DNA from: Amoebophrya sp. A120
Lineage: Eukaryota > Protista > Dinoflagellata
Assembly: GCA_905178155.1 (NCBI GenBank)
Contig: CAJINV010000006.1
Span: 2,235,700-2,299,699, forward strand
Direction: 5' to 3'
DNA length: 64,000 nucleotides
Position 1 is the first letter of the stretch, and every line of letters begins with the position of its first letter. The notes under the pieces are model-generated. The model ran no database searches, had not been told where the DNA came from, and worked only from the letters and a program-made list of their open reading frames with translations. The position numbers and the translations under genes are program-made. Positions 12,273 to 23,940 of the stretch are shown here, in pieces.

Positions 12273-13500
12273 TTTTTTGGGAACGTCATCAACTCCTTCT
12301 CCAGCAAAGGACTTTGGTTCTTTTGGAGGGCCGATAAACTCTACATCCCAATTTTTGTTTTTCATCATCTCACGCATCAAAGATGCCAAGAAGGGCCTTA
12401 ATATTACCCTTGCGCAGCTCGTCCAACACGGTAACAATAACAAATGGTACTCCAGTTCGAGTGTGAAAAGATGAAGATGTCGTTGAAAGTTCAATCCTAG
12501 CAGTCTACTTTGATATCTTTGTCGTTGTCGTTGTTGTTCTACTTCGGTGCTACATAATATACTGCCAACATAAAATCTAGTTGCGTCTCTTTCACGGGGT
12601 CCGTCACCTAAGGCTAAGGGTCAAGTCTGCGTACGTCGCTATTCCTTCATTTTCGTCCTGTTGCAACGTTAATTGGGGGAACAAAGCTTAACATATGCAC
12701 AGCACCCAAAAATGTGCGAAAACATGGCACCAGAACCAGAACGAGCGACAAGCTGTTTACTTCCTCGGCGTGATCATCTGAAAAAAAGGTAGCGAATATT
12801 ACCGACAACCGAGTACAACACCGAAGCTCGGCACGATGTCCTCACGTAGGTAACACCAGCACTAGTGGTGGCGAAGGTGATTTTAATTTCTGTCGAACAA
12901 AGAGTCACTCGTCGTGCTCGGGTAGGTAGTTCTTCCAAAGCAGCACGACAAACAATTGCAGGACCGCGGTCGTACTTACAAGTCGTGTTTGAAGTAGATG
13001 TTTTTTGTTTGCGCAAAAACAAAATCAATTCGAATTCAACGTTGTTTCTGGTTTCGTCAGCTTTAGCGTTGATGCGTCATATTACCATGCGGCCGTCGAA
13101 CTACGGGTAAGTATTTAGTATTAGTACTAGTAGGGGATGATTTTTCGAAAAATCATCGTCCATGAATCGTTAGTTGTGCTTATTTCTGGTGTTCATCTTG
13201 GATGCCGAGGATGGTGCTGTAGTTGCGTCACTAGATAGAGGTCGTGGAGGCAACAACATCTTCCCGCTCCCCGGAAGCGTTACAACTGCCACTGTAGATG
13301 ATCAAGCTCAACAGTAATTCAGGTTCGTCAAGGAGGTGTGGTCGTGTGAGTCCAAAAAAGTCCTCGTAGTTGTGCACCAGCACTTGTTTCCCAACGTCCG
13401 ATTCTCCTGTGTTGGAAATCTGTCATGCGGTCTAGTTTCAGAATCAGAACCTGCTGCAGCTCAAGGTCATCAAGCGATGCACCGAAGAGGTTTTTCTTTT

Positions 13501-16500
13501 TTATTTCTTCTTCTTCGCCTTCTCCTCATCCTTGGGTGGTGGTTTGACGAACGGAATGAACTCCATACCGGCCATGTAGGGGACGAGCACCCGCGGGACG
13601 CGAACACCTTTTGTTACGTTTTCGTTTTTGCATGTTGACAAAGGAGTGCATTATAAGCGATTTTGCATGACAAATCGAAAAAATCACGGAGACTATGCAT
13701 GACAACCATTACCAGCATCTTCTTCGAAATTATAAGCAAGCGGTCAGTATCTATACCTTCCTTGGTCTGGTAGTTTTCCAAGAGACAGCACATGCACCGC
13801 TGGGTCGCCACCAGTGTATCAAATGCAAAAGTGTCTGGGTCTGGAATGTTGCCGGGTTTGTCATGCATATTTTGCATGACCCAGAGTGTCTGTAATGCAT
13901 GACCTAGCATCACAGATTTTGAAAGAGCTTCCTGATGCCTATTCCGCATGACAAATGCCCTCCCCGCGTAGCACAAACTAGACTCCTCTTGCTGATCGTG
14001 CAATACAGATTTTTTTACAGTCCAAAGTTAGCATCACAAGCTCCAACCTTCCAGACCCAGACATTTTTGCATTTGATACAGTGTCGAATTCAGCATGTGG
14101 GGAAACTGCTGATCCGTTCCGTGCCCCGCCCTTGTGTCCATTCTTCTACTCTGGAAGTCCAAGCAGTTCGACGCGGAAACCAGCTCGCGGTACTGCCCTT
14201 TGCCGTCGGCGTCACCCGGAAACCAGGCCTCGAGATCGAACCTGTGATAAAAATTTGTACGAACTTTACAACTTGTGCACCATATGCATGACAGACTGAA
14301 ACTGAAATTGCGCTTTGTGCATGACAAGTCTCAAACAGTAACAGAGTGCTACTATCTATGAAACGTAAAATTACTTTTTGCTCGCGGCGTCGTTAATCTC
14401 CCCAGACACAATATTCACCACCCGGTACGGAAACCCTAACGACTGGTAAAATCTCTCCGCAACTTTGGAGATTTTCACGTGCTCTTCCTTCGACTTGTCC
14501 TCATCTACAATGCAGAACTGTTCCACTTTTTCAAACTGGTGGCACCGAAAGATCCCACGGATGTCCCGGCCACTGGAACCCGCTTCTTTCCGGAAACAGG
14601 ACGACACACCGGCAAAACGGATCCCGTACTTACTGCTGTCCGGGTTCAAATCCACTGTTCCCTCGCCGTGCCCGCCGTGCGTCGCGGCCGTGTTCGCCGG
14701 GGGGCGGAGCTCCTTCATGTCGATGACCTTGTTTCGGTACAAAGCGGTGATCGGCTGTTCCGACGTCGCGATTAAGTATCGGTCGAGCTCGGGGTGCTCC
14801 TCGCCCTCGGTAACTTTGTAGAGCACGTCGTCGTAGTCTTTCAATTCCGCCGCCTGGGCCATCACGTCCTTTTTCATCATGAACGGCGGCTGGACGGGGG
14901 TGTAGCCTGATAATGGTTATGGTTAGGATTGTCATGCGAAAATTGAATGTCAATTGGAATTGCAATTGCTGGATGGCGCATGACAAGTTGTGTACTTATT
15001 CTTATAGTAGCACACTCAAATCATACCTTCCCGCATCAGAAACGCCAGTCCGTAGTTAATCAGCGCCTGATTGAGCAAGACTGCCGGTCCCGTGAGAAAG
15101 TATTATCCTCTGCAAAAGTAGCGCACTCGTAGTAATCGCATTTATGCATGACAAATCTCTTTTTCAAGGTAAATCAGCATCAGAAATTCCATGTGTCATG
15201 CTGATAAAATTTGTAATGCGATTAGTACTAGTACGATGCTTTTGCAATTCATAAGTATCCTCTTGAACCAAAAACATCCCGCCCAGCTTCGAAGTTAATT
15301 CCGCCAATCATCTCAATGAGCTCGAAATGCGGACGGAAGCCGTCGGTTTGGTACCTGGGATTTTTGTAAAGGTTTTGTTGTGGCTGCGGAACAAGTTACT
15401 TGGCATGCAGGAGGATCATGTTATGACAAAATTATGCGACATCATCTTCCGGCGTAGTTGCTGCGCCTGACTCTGTGATGCGAATGAACTTCTATCTGGA
15501 GCAGTACTCAGTAATTAAAACCAATTCTGTCATGCTGAAATGGAAAAGATCATGTGCTGTTCAAAAATCAGTACTTGGCGTCAAACGTCGGGATCTTTCC
15601 CCACAAAGCCACCACCTCGTTGTCCTTATCCTCATCCTGACTAACCGGAACGCTATCGTCGAGAATGTTGTATCAAGTGCAAAAGTGTCCGGGTCTGGAA
15701 TGTTGCCGGGTTTGTCATGCATCCTTTTCATGACCCAGGATGTCTGTAATGCATGACCTAGCGTCACAGATTTTTAGAGGGCTTCCTGATGCCTATGTAT
15801 TCCGCATGACAAATGCCCTCTCCGCGTAGCACAAACTCGACTCGCCTCGCTGATAGATCATGCAATACAGATCTTTTTAGAGTCTAAAGTTAGAATCACA
15901 AGCTTCAACCTTCCAGACCCAGACATTTTTGCATTTGATATGTTGCCGATTTTTGCCAAGGTTTCGTCCCGCTTTTTGTGCAATTCTCCTGCTTCCTGTT
16001 CCAGCTGTTTCACGGCCTCTTCTAGTTTTCCCTTTTCTGCCATTTCCTCTTCGCATTTGTCCTTCCCGCCCGAGGCTTTCTTCTTCTCGCCAATCTTCTT
16101 CTGCACGGCGTTCATCTGAACAGGGGTTTTCTTTGTCGTGGGGAAAATCTAGATGATACAACCATAGCAATAGCTGCATAATAACTGCGATCTAGTAAGT
16201 ACTTCCACCGTATCTTCTTGAATTTGCCATGCGGGTTGAGAAATATGATCGTGATCCATTATACTTTGAATAAAGAAAACCTAAACCATACATAGGCAAA
16301 AATCTGTGATGCTTGTTATCATGCACCATATACCAGCATCTTCTAAAGTCGCCGCATATAATTTTCTTACCTCTTTCTTCTTCTGCTCCATATCATACTG
16401 CTTCGCCACCCAAGCCTTATCCAAGGCAATCACCTCATCGACCGTTTTATGAACTGCAAATATGTCTGGATCTGGAAGAGTGCAACTTGTGATGCTGCAT

Positions 16501-16803
16501 TTGGATTCTAGAAAAATCTGTGTTGCATGAGCAGCAAAAGGAGGCCATTTTTTGCTAAGCGGAGAGGGCATTTGTCATGCGGAATCGGCATCAAGATGCC
16601 CTATTAAAATCTGTGATGCAAAAAATACGTCACAGATGTCATCGCTCATGCAAAACGTGCATGACAAAGCTCCACTCTTCCAGGCCCAGACATATTTGCG
16701 GTTGATACGTTTTCGGGTCCCGGAACCGGCGGCGCTCACTTTCCCGAACCTTCTCCGGGTCACCGCCCTTGTTTTCGCGGAGGAGATTGATATCGATCGT
16801 CAT
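13501..16803 (-). CDS. SARS: Cytosolic seryl-tRNA synthetase
   Basis: [77 protein letters not shown]|[13 protein letters not shown]. It has 4 TIR elements and GT-AG introns at 13608-13756, 14242-14374, 14907-15026, 15355-15574 and 16116-16370. Confidence 0.97.
13817..14078. mobile_element. TIR introner-like element, family B
   Basis: DR CAGTG; splits SerRS motif 3. Confidence 0.92.
15104..15253. mobile_element. TIR introner-like element, family A (150 bp)
   Basis: DR AGTAT; splits SRGY|FLTG. Confidence 0.92.
15671..15940. mobile_element. TIR introner-like element, family B
   Basis: DR TGTTG; splits KIGN|ILDD. Confidence 0.92.
16448..16707. mobile_element. TIR introner-like element, family B, opposite orientation to 15671
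   Basis: DR CGTTT; splits DPKT|VDEV. Confidence 0.92.
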
Positions 16804-18893
16804 TTTGAAAGGAGTTTGGGTGAAGAAGAAACGGGGAGCAAATAAGGATAAACTGTGCTTCAAATAATGTCGCGTGCAAGGTAAAAATGATCTCTTCCAA
16901 GGGCGAAGAATGTTGCAGCTATATCTTCTAGTAATTCGAGGATAAATTGGTCGCGAAACGACGGTGAAACAAAATTAGAATACGACTTAACTGAAACTCA
17001 AACTCTGTGATGATAAATTTGGATGATTGCGACTATGGAGGTTTCTTTGACATATGGCAAAAAAAAGTTGAAGTAGTGAAAGGAAAACCTAAAAATTGAA
17101 GAGAGATCTAAGTAAAAACCAGATCGACGTGAGCAGGAGCTTACAGCTTCACCAGAGTAGGAGGTCATTGAAACTTCTATGCATGAGCGTGATGATCTGA
17201 GCACGCTTGGCCATTTCCACGTTTTTTTCCAAATTTCGTGTTCGGAGGTAGTTTGAAGATGATCTCACAAAAGTATCGCTTCTAATCCTTCTTCTTGTTT
17301 CGTTTTTCGAAGTTGTAGTTCTTTTTCTCAATCACATCAGAATCTCTATCTGTTGCAACAGTGGACACAAAAAAATAAAAAAAATACGCTGGCGTCAAGA
17401 AGATCTTTAGGCATGCTGATCTGTCTTTTTGTCTAGTACAACTGCGTGAATGAGAGTCAATTTTTTAGATTTTGCTTCTGAATGCTGCAGTCAAAAGTGT
17501 TTTACTCCACTAACACGGGAAGATCTTCGAGCTCGCACGCGCGGGGCGATGTCGTCGACGTGATCAATGAACTGTACTATAATTCAATTCTTCACACTTA
17601 TCACGATTCAAAAAATACACACGTCCGTCAGGATCACGATCAGGTAGCTGCTTTACAATTCCTAAAAATGGCTTTTCCGTTTTGAAGCCATCGAGTCCGA
17701 GGAAGACTTCTTCGTATCAAAATAAAATGATCAACCACGTGGCTCTTCTTGTGGTGATCAAGGAACACAAATTCGCTGGCCCCCGCCTGTCCTCCGTGCA
17801 GTAGTTCCTGTTGGCCGTGCTAATGCAAATCGAATCCTGTGAAGGGTGAAGTAAATATGACATTTAGTTTTAAATGTTTCTTGGCTTCAAGCAACTGGCG
17901 TTCTACTTCCTGGAGAAAGTGAAGTTGGGAGCTGCGCCGTGGTCACAGGGTTACTGCAAAAGAACTGTTGCGAAGAAGAAGGACTACAGGGTTACTGCTC
18001 CACCAAGAAAAGGGGTCGTGAGGGCCACCACGGGGATGAAATTAGCTTCGTGTGGGTTTGGAATTGGATTCTTGCAACAGCAGGGCTACTGTCGTGTGGC
18101 ACTGGGTCGAGCTGGGGTCGCCTTCTTGTCGTGTACTACGTGTTCTTCAACCGGGGCGTGTCGACGTCAACTGCATCAACTAGTACTTCACGACCGCTTT
18201 ATTCCTTTGTAATTCATCGACCGGGGCATCGAAGTGAAAAAATTTTGCGGATAATGGGAGGGTTTGGCTATAATATTTTTTCAGATCATGGGGCTTGACT
18301 TTTTAACGAAGATATAGGTGAAGGAAGGAAACTTATTTTGCGAGAATTGAGTAGTTCAGAGTGGTTTTTACGGACTGGTACGACTACGATGTGATGAAGT
18401 GGAAAACTTTGATATGTTGCATATCGAATTTGATATTTAGCGTGAAGGGATGGCTTGTTCTGTGAAAAATTTCCGTAGGTGAAGGTGCATTTTTCCGGTT
18501 TTATAAGACGAAAATAACATAGTACTTTTAATGCTTCGAAACTGTTGTTGATACTGGATGAAACTTTTTACTCGGCGGAAAACATACTTACTTTGGATAC
18601 TGGTTCGTAAAGCCACGTGTTGCACAAGACTTGTTTCTGCTGCCTGATGCTTCTAGTACTTCTTTCTATGCAAGGTAAGAACCTCAAATGCTTGGTCAAA
18701 AAAAAATCGGGTCCGTCAAAAAACTGCTAATTTTCAAAAGATAAAAAACTGCTTGCTATGCTCTAATAGCTCGTGTATGAAATTGAAATTTACATTTACA
18801 ACATTTACTTGACTGACATAACAAACACGAGCAGGAAAATCCCCCGTCGTGGTCGTGTTCTTCTTTCCTCCCCCTCGTCCACAAGAAGAACGC

Positions 18894-21800
18894 TCAACGC
18901 CCGCTCACTTCGTTCTGGAAGAACTCTTTCAGATTGGCTTCCATTTTTTTGGTTTCCTTGGAGGACCCTTGGATCAAATGGGCAGCGTAGTCCTTCTTGC
19001 GATTGGTCAGAACGTGATCCGGGAAGCCCACCCGCACGTTATCGAAAGGAAAAATCCCCCCTCCCCATATCAAAACAGAACTTCTGATGCTGGATTTGTG
19101 TACACCAATCAGGTTTGTAATGCAGAGAGGCGCTGCGGCCAGGTCCCCAGGCTAGGTAGGGGCGTACGGGTCTAGTTGTTCAGCATGGCAGACGGCTCCC
19201 CTTTATGCCCAACAGCATGACAAATCGCTTCCATAATGGGGCGGAAGCTTCTGCCCTTGTCTTCTTGCAAGACAGATGTGGTTTGTGGCCTCAAATCAGC
19301 AACACAAATTTTCGGAAACATGCCTTTTCGATATGGGCAGGGGGATTTTTCCTTTTGATACACGTTGTCCAACTTGCGCGCGTAGTGCCCGGCAAACTTG
19401 TTGCGGCTCCGCGCCGGGGAATCCCCACTTTTCTCCGGCCGATTGGATTTGAAATGGTTCTGCGCCAGCAGCTGCTTGACAATCGTCAGCTCGTTGCTTC
19501 CCGTTTTGCCATCGTGCTGGCACGCTCGGCAGGGGTGGGCTTGGATCAGGGCTCGCGACAGGTCGTTGTTCTGGTAAACGTCATCGTTGTCGACTTGGTT
19601 GTTCGTCTCATCGTACGTTCGAATCTGACTTTCCAACGGCGGCATCTTCAGGATGTTCTCGTCTTCAATTGTCCCAAACTCGCGCACCCCGGAGTGCAGT
19701 TGCATCCAGTAGTAGAAATCCCAGGACCGCTGGAACCGGGTGAAGCCCTGCGCAACGGAAAATTTGTCAACGTCCACTTCGTCCCCCTTGATTTTTTCGT
19801 TCGTGCAGTAGTTTTCCGCGGGGCGATCCTTGTCCCCCTGGGAGTTGTTTTTCTTGCCGCAGTAGTTGCTGTCGTGGAAGTAGTTTCTCGTCGTGCTGCC
19901 CACAGCGTCGCTGAACTTCGCGCATCCTGAGTAAAAACGTTCCCACCCCATAGTCAAGATGGGAATAATTCTGCTACACAAATCAACCAGTTTTGGCTCC
20001 TGTTGCGCATCATGACAAACTTCTTGGCCTCGAATTGTAAGTATTCCTGTTTCGCTAGTGCAGCAGCATGAGAGATCTAGCATATTTTGGTGATTGGAGC
20101 ATCACAAATCCCAAAACACCACAAAAAAATTGAAATGGTTCTCATGGGGCCCCGCATAAAAAATCGGTTTTGAGGATGCAGATCTGCATGTTGACAAGCA
20201 TGGGGCGGGGACGTTTTTATCAGCAGGATATCGCGTAGATCTCTTTCATGTCCCGGTTTTCGTTTCCCGCGAGACAGGTGCACCGGTCCCCCTCGTTGAT
20301 GGCGATGTGCAACTGGAACTTGGAAAAAACCTTTTTCATGTTGATAAAAAGTCATTTACTTAAATTTGTATTGCATCACGACCAACATCACGATTCACGA
20401 ACAAATGCGGTCTCTGCATGACAAAGCGAGGCTTCGATCCTAGTTTAGCATGACAAGTTTTACCCTCAAAAGTGGTGAAGTTTGTGATGCATCCTGTACA
20501 TCATGTACGGAAAATTTGTATTGCATACACTACATCGTATTTCAATATACCTCGTTCCGGATGCGCTCCGAGACCTCCATCAACTCTCCCTTCGACGGCT
20601 CAGGCACGCGCGAAGGGAGGCTGTACCGGGGGTAGGTCAGCTTCTCGTCGTCTTCAAACGGGTTCCCGGACAGGTCGTCGTAAAAGCTTTTCACTTTGTG
20701 ATGCAGCTTATGCATGGCAAAAGAATCGCACTCGTATACTAAATGCATGACAAATTCACTCAGGATGAGAAATGAAGTTTGTAATGCGGATTCAGCTTAA
20801 GAGAAAAATTTGTAATGCATGATTGCAATACGAGTACGATTTTTTTGCAGTTCATACAGCTGCTCATCAGTGTCAATCGACCATCCCTTTTTCCCCTTCA
20901 GCGGCCCGGCCAGCACGGCGGGCGACTTGCAGCCCGTGCCGAGCGCCCCGCCCAAGCATATGGGGTTCTCAAGCGTTACATTCTCAACTGTTCTTTTACA
21001 TGAATTTGTCATGCAGAACTACCATCAAGATCCACACGAGCAAGCTGCTTCGCATGACAAATTTGCGAAGGGCTAGACAGCGCCTAAATCTGTGCGGAAT
21101 TTGTAATGCTACAGGTGCAACCTTCCCCCTTTGACTTTTGCTATTCTTGCATTACAAATTCGCGTAACAATTGAGAGTGTAACGGTTGAGAATCCCATAA
21201 AGCACCGGTTTTTCTTCCAGTCATCGGTCGACCGCATGTTGTCGAGGTAGCCGTGGCTGTTGGCGCCGCCGAACACCACTTGCACCCGAAAGTCGTTTTT
21301 CATCGGGCCCAGTTGGCTGACCAGCGCCCAGCGCTGGACAAAGCCGGCAGCGTGGCCGCCAAAGCCCACGACCATAAGTTGCTGCCCCACCGAGTCCCGC
21401 AGCGGGGAGAGGATTCGGTCGAAAAAATCGTAGGTGGTGGCGCGTTCGACCAGGTTGGCCTTTCCGAGCAAGGCCTGCTCGTTCGTACTGCCGTTCTAAT
21501 ATCAAATGCAAGAGTGTCTGGGTCTGGAAACTTGTGATGCTGAATGGCGTATCATGAGGACGAGACCACAAGTAGTGCTGGCTCAGCATGACAACTTTCT
21601 GAGCTTCTAGGTGAAGGTGTTGCCTATTCTGCATGACAAACTGCGTTTCTGCATGATAGAAAAATGCTGCTTACTGGGTAACGTGCATGACAGATCTAAG
21701 AGTCATGCCAGACAAGCATGACAAACATGCACTCTTCCGGACCCAGACGTATTTGCGATCCATATCCAGTGGATGCGCTCCTCCTTCGCCTCGTCCTGGC

Positions 21801-22545
21801 TGCGAAACCACGGCACAATCACGTCGTAACCCGGCGGACGGTCGTCCTCGCCCCTCCACTTGTTGGCCCAGTACTCGCAGAGCTCCCTCGCCCCTTTCGC
21901 TCCGGAATCGTCAACATCGGGAACGACAACCAGAACGCGCGAAAGCCCGGCTGTGTCTTTGTGGAGGATTGCGTCCGTGGTCGCGTAGACATCCGTGCGG
22001 TACCCCGCCGTTCTTTCTCCCCTGTTGTCATACATTTCGTCAAAATGCCCGGTCGTGTACTCGCATTTTTTAGCGGCCGTCATTTTTTGCTGCGAAACAA
22101 CTTCGGATTTTTTGGAGGTCTTCATCTCGAGGAAATTTCCACCATCTGAGGACCAGCCGTCGGCAGAAGTTGTGGTAACATTGTATCCCATGTCTTCGAG
22201 GTCGAGCTGCAATTGGGAAAGCATGCGGTCCTGGGTCAACATCGTGTTCTTGACAGCACCGTCGTTCATTTCCTCCTCGTGGTCATGATCTTGTTCCGCA
22301 GCGCCGATTTTTTTCACACGAGCAGCACCGCCCGTTTTACCTCCAGTACGACGCCCGCCCCGCAACGACCGCTCCACCACAACGGGACGACCACTTTTGA
22401 CGCCGGTGTTCTTGTCGCCCACTGCAGCAGCTCCCGCCACGGAAGCTGCCGCCAATCCAGCACCCAATGTGGTCGCCGCCGTCGCGGCACAGGAGAGCTT
22501 CTTGCGGAAGCTAGTTTGGAGATACAGCTGCTGTCCTCCGGGCAT
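18894..22545 (-). CDS. Hypothetical protein, possibly with an alpha/beta-hydrolase-like fold (paralog 1)
   Basis: Continuous ORF after removing 5 TIR elements and the GT-AG intron 20331-20550; collinear with the paralog at 23941-27298. Confidence 0.8.
19040..19360. mobile_element. TIR introner-like element, family H
   Basis: TIR TATC.AAAGGAAAAATCCCCC..CCCATATC; DR CACGT. Confidence 0.9.
19923..20230. mobile_element. TIR introner-like element, family F
   Basis: TIR (T)ATCCTG...AAAAACGT.CC; DR TCGCG. Confidence 0.85.
20709..20856. mobile_element. TIR introner-like element, family A
   Basis: Family A TIR; DR CAGCT. Confidence 0.9.
20959..21199. mobile_element. TIR introner-like element, family E
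   Basis: TIR TATGGG.TTCTCAA.CGTTACA.TCTCAA.TGTT; DR AAGCA. Confidence 0.9.
21500..21764. mobile_element. TIR introner-like element, family B variant
   Basis: Diverged DR TCTAA/TCCAG; frame IHW|NGS matches paralog LYWDGT. Confidence 0.85.
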
Positions 22546-23940
22546 TTTGTTTGTGACTGACTTTCAGGTCCTTGAAAGACGCAAAAGTACAAGAACAAGG
22601 TGCTTTTGTTTATTTAAGCAGGGTCTACCTGGACGAAGTAGTCGCTATTCTACAGCAAAGTAGAACCAGCGAAAAACTGTAGTAAATACTTGCGAGTACA
22701 AGTGTGGTTGTAAACTTGCGAGTATGGACCTGTTTTCTTGATTGGTGCAAAGAGGAAGCATGGGAAAGGTACCTACTTACTCTTCTTTGGCAGAAGAAGT
22801 ACTAGAAATAGACCAAGCGTTCGTGGAGATGATAGCGCGGGGGCAGCAAAAATCAACACTACAACGACGAATTTTATAGTTGATACAACGAGATTCATCG
22901 TGAAGAATCAAAATCACCAGCACTACGCGATCCTGAAACGAACCACGGCACGACGACTTTCACTTGCACTTTATCGCATTCGCAAAAACCAAGCGAATTG
23001 CTGCTGAGATTCTTGCAGGCGTTATTTCGTGGTCGGTGCGATTGAACTTGCAGCCCACCAGGCTCCTGAACGTAAGAAAACTATAGATAAAGAAACTGAT
23101 ACTTTTGAACGAAGAGGACCACGACGAGCCGGCTGATAAGTATGCATATGCATATGGACGATATGCTAGATTGGTTGGACTTTTGTACGAAATGGAAATT
23201 GTAGTACGACAAGAACTACATCAAAGTGCTACCTTCAAGTAGATGATCCACGTCCTAGTGAGGAAGAACGCGCAGTAGTAGGGTCGTGCATCATACTCGT
23301 CAGAGCAAGTAGACGCGTGTTCACGAGGACCACGATATGGAGGTCTTTAGCATCGGCGCCAAAGTGAGTCGATCGAGCGAGGAGGGAACAACTAATCCGG
23401 GGGGAGGGCGTGTCTGTTTGGGTGCGATGAGGGGATACCAATGGAAAAAACGATTAGGATAAAAATTAAAATATTCTGGCTGTTGGGCGTTCGGCTGAGT
23501 AGGTTTAAAGAGAAACTTCAAGAAGTTGGTGGGCCGTGCTGGGGAGTATGGACATAAAAGTAGTAGTCCCACCTGGCATGCATACGGTGGCTCCGGCTCC
23601 GCCTGCTGTTCGAGGGGCTACTACTTCTCTTGGATTACAGGTACAATTCATGCCTGGTGCTTTCGTACCATGTAATAGGCTTGGGGATGAATAGGCAACA
23701 TCTACGAGGATTCTTCAATGCGCATAACTATTAAGTGTGTGTAAGTGGTTAAGTTTGAACTTGTTGGGGGGGGTATTAAGCAGGAAAATGGATTTGAAAG
23801 TCAAAGAAGTAGGTTCATGAAGATTGTGTCCTGTTGAGAAAAAATTATCCTGCAGACTTGATCGGCATCGGGATCTTGATGTTCATCGAGGTTGAGTTTG
23901 GAGCAATAAACCGCTGTTCTTCTTCTTGCTTCATCAGATT

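Noticed and set aside
13501-16803. SerRS and other genes as transposon-disrupted pseudogenes
   Set aside because: The exons have no stops or frameshifts once the elements are removed, and catalytic motifs are intact.
16900-18800. Short ORFs in this and other intergenic tracts
   Set aside because: No recognisable motifs or coding-like composition. No tRNA, rRNA or spliced-leader gene was recognised by eye.
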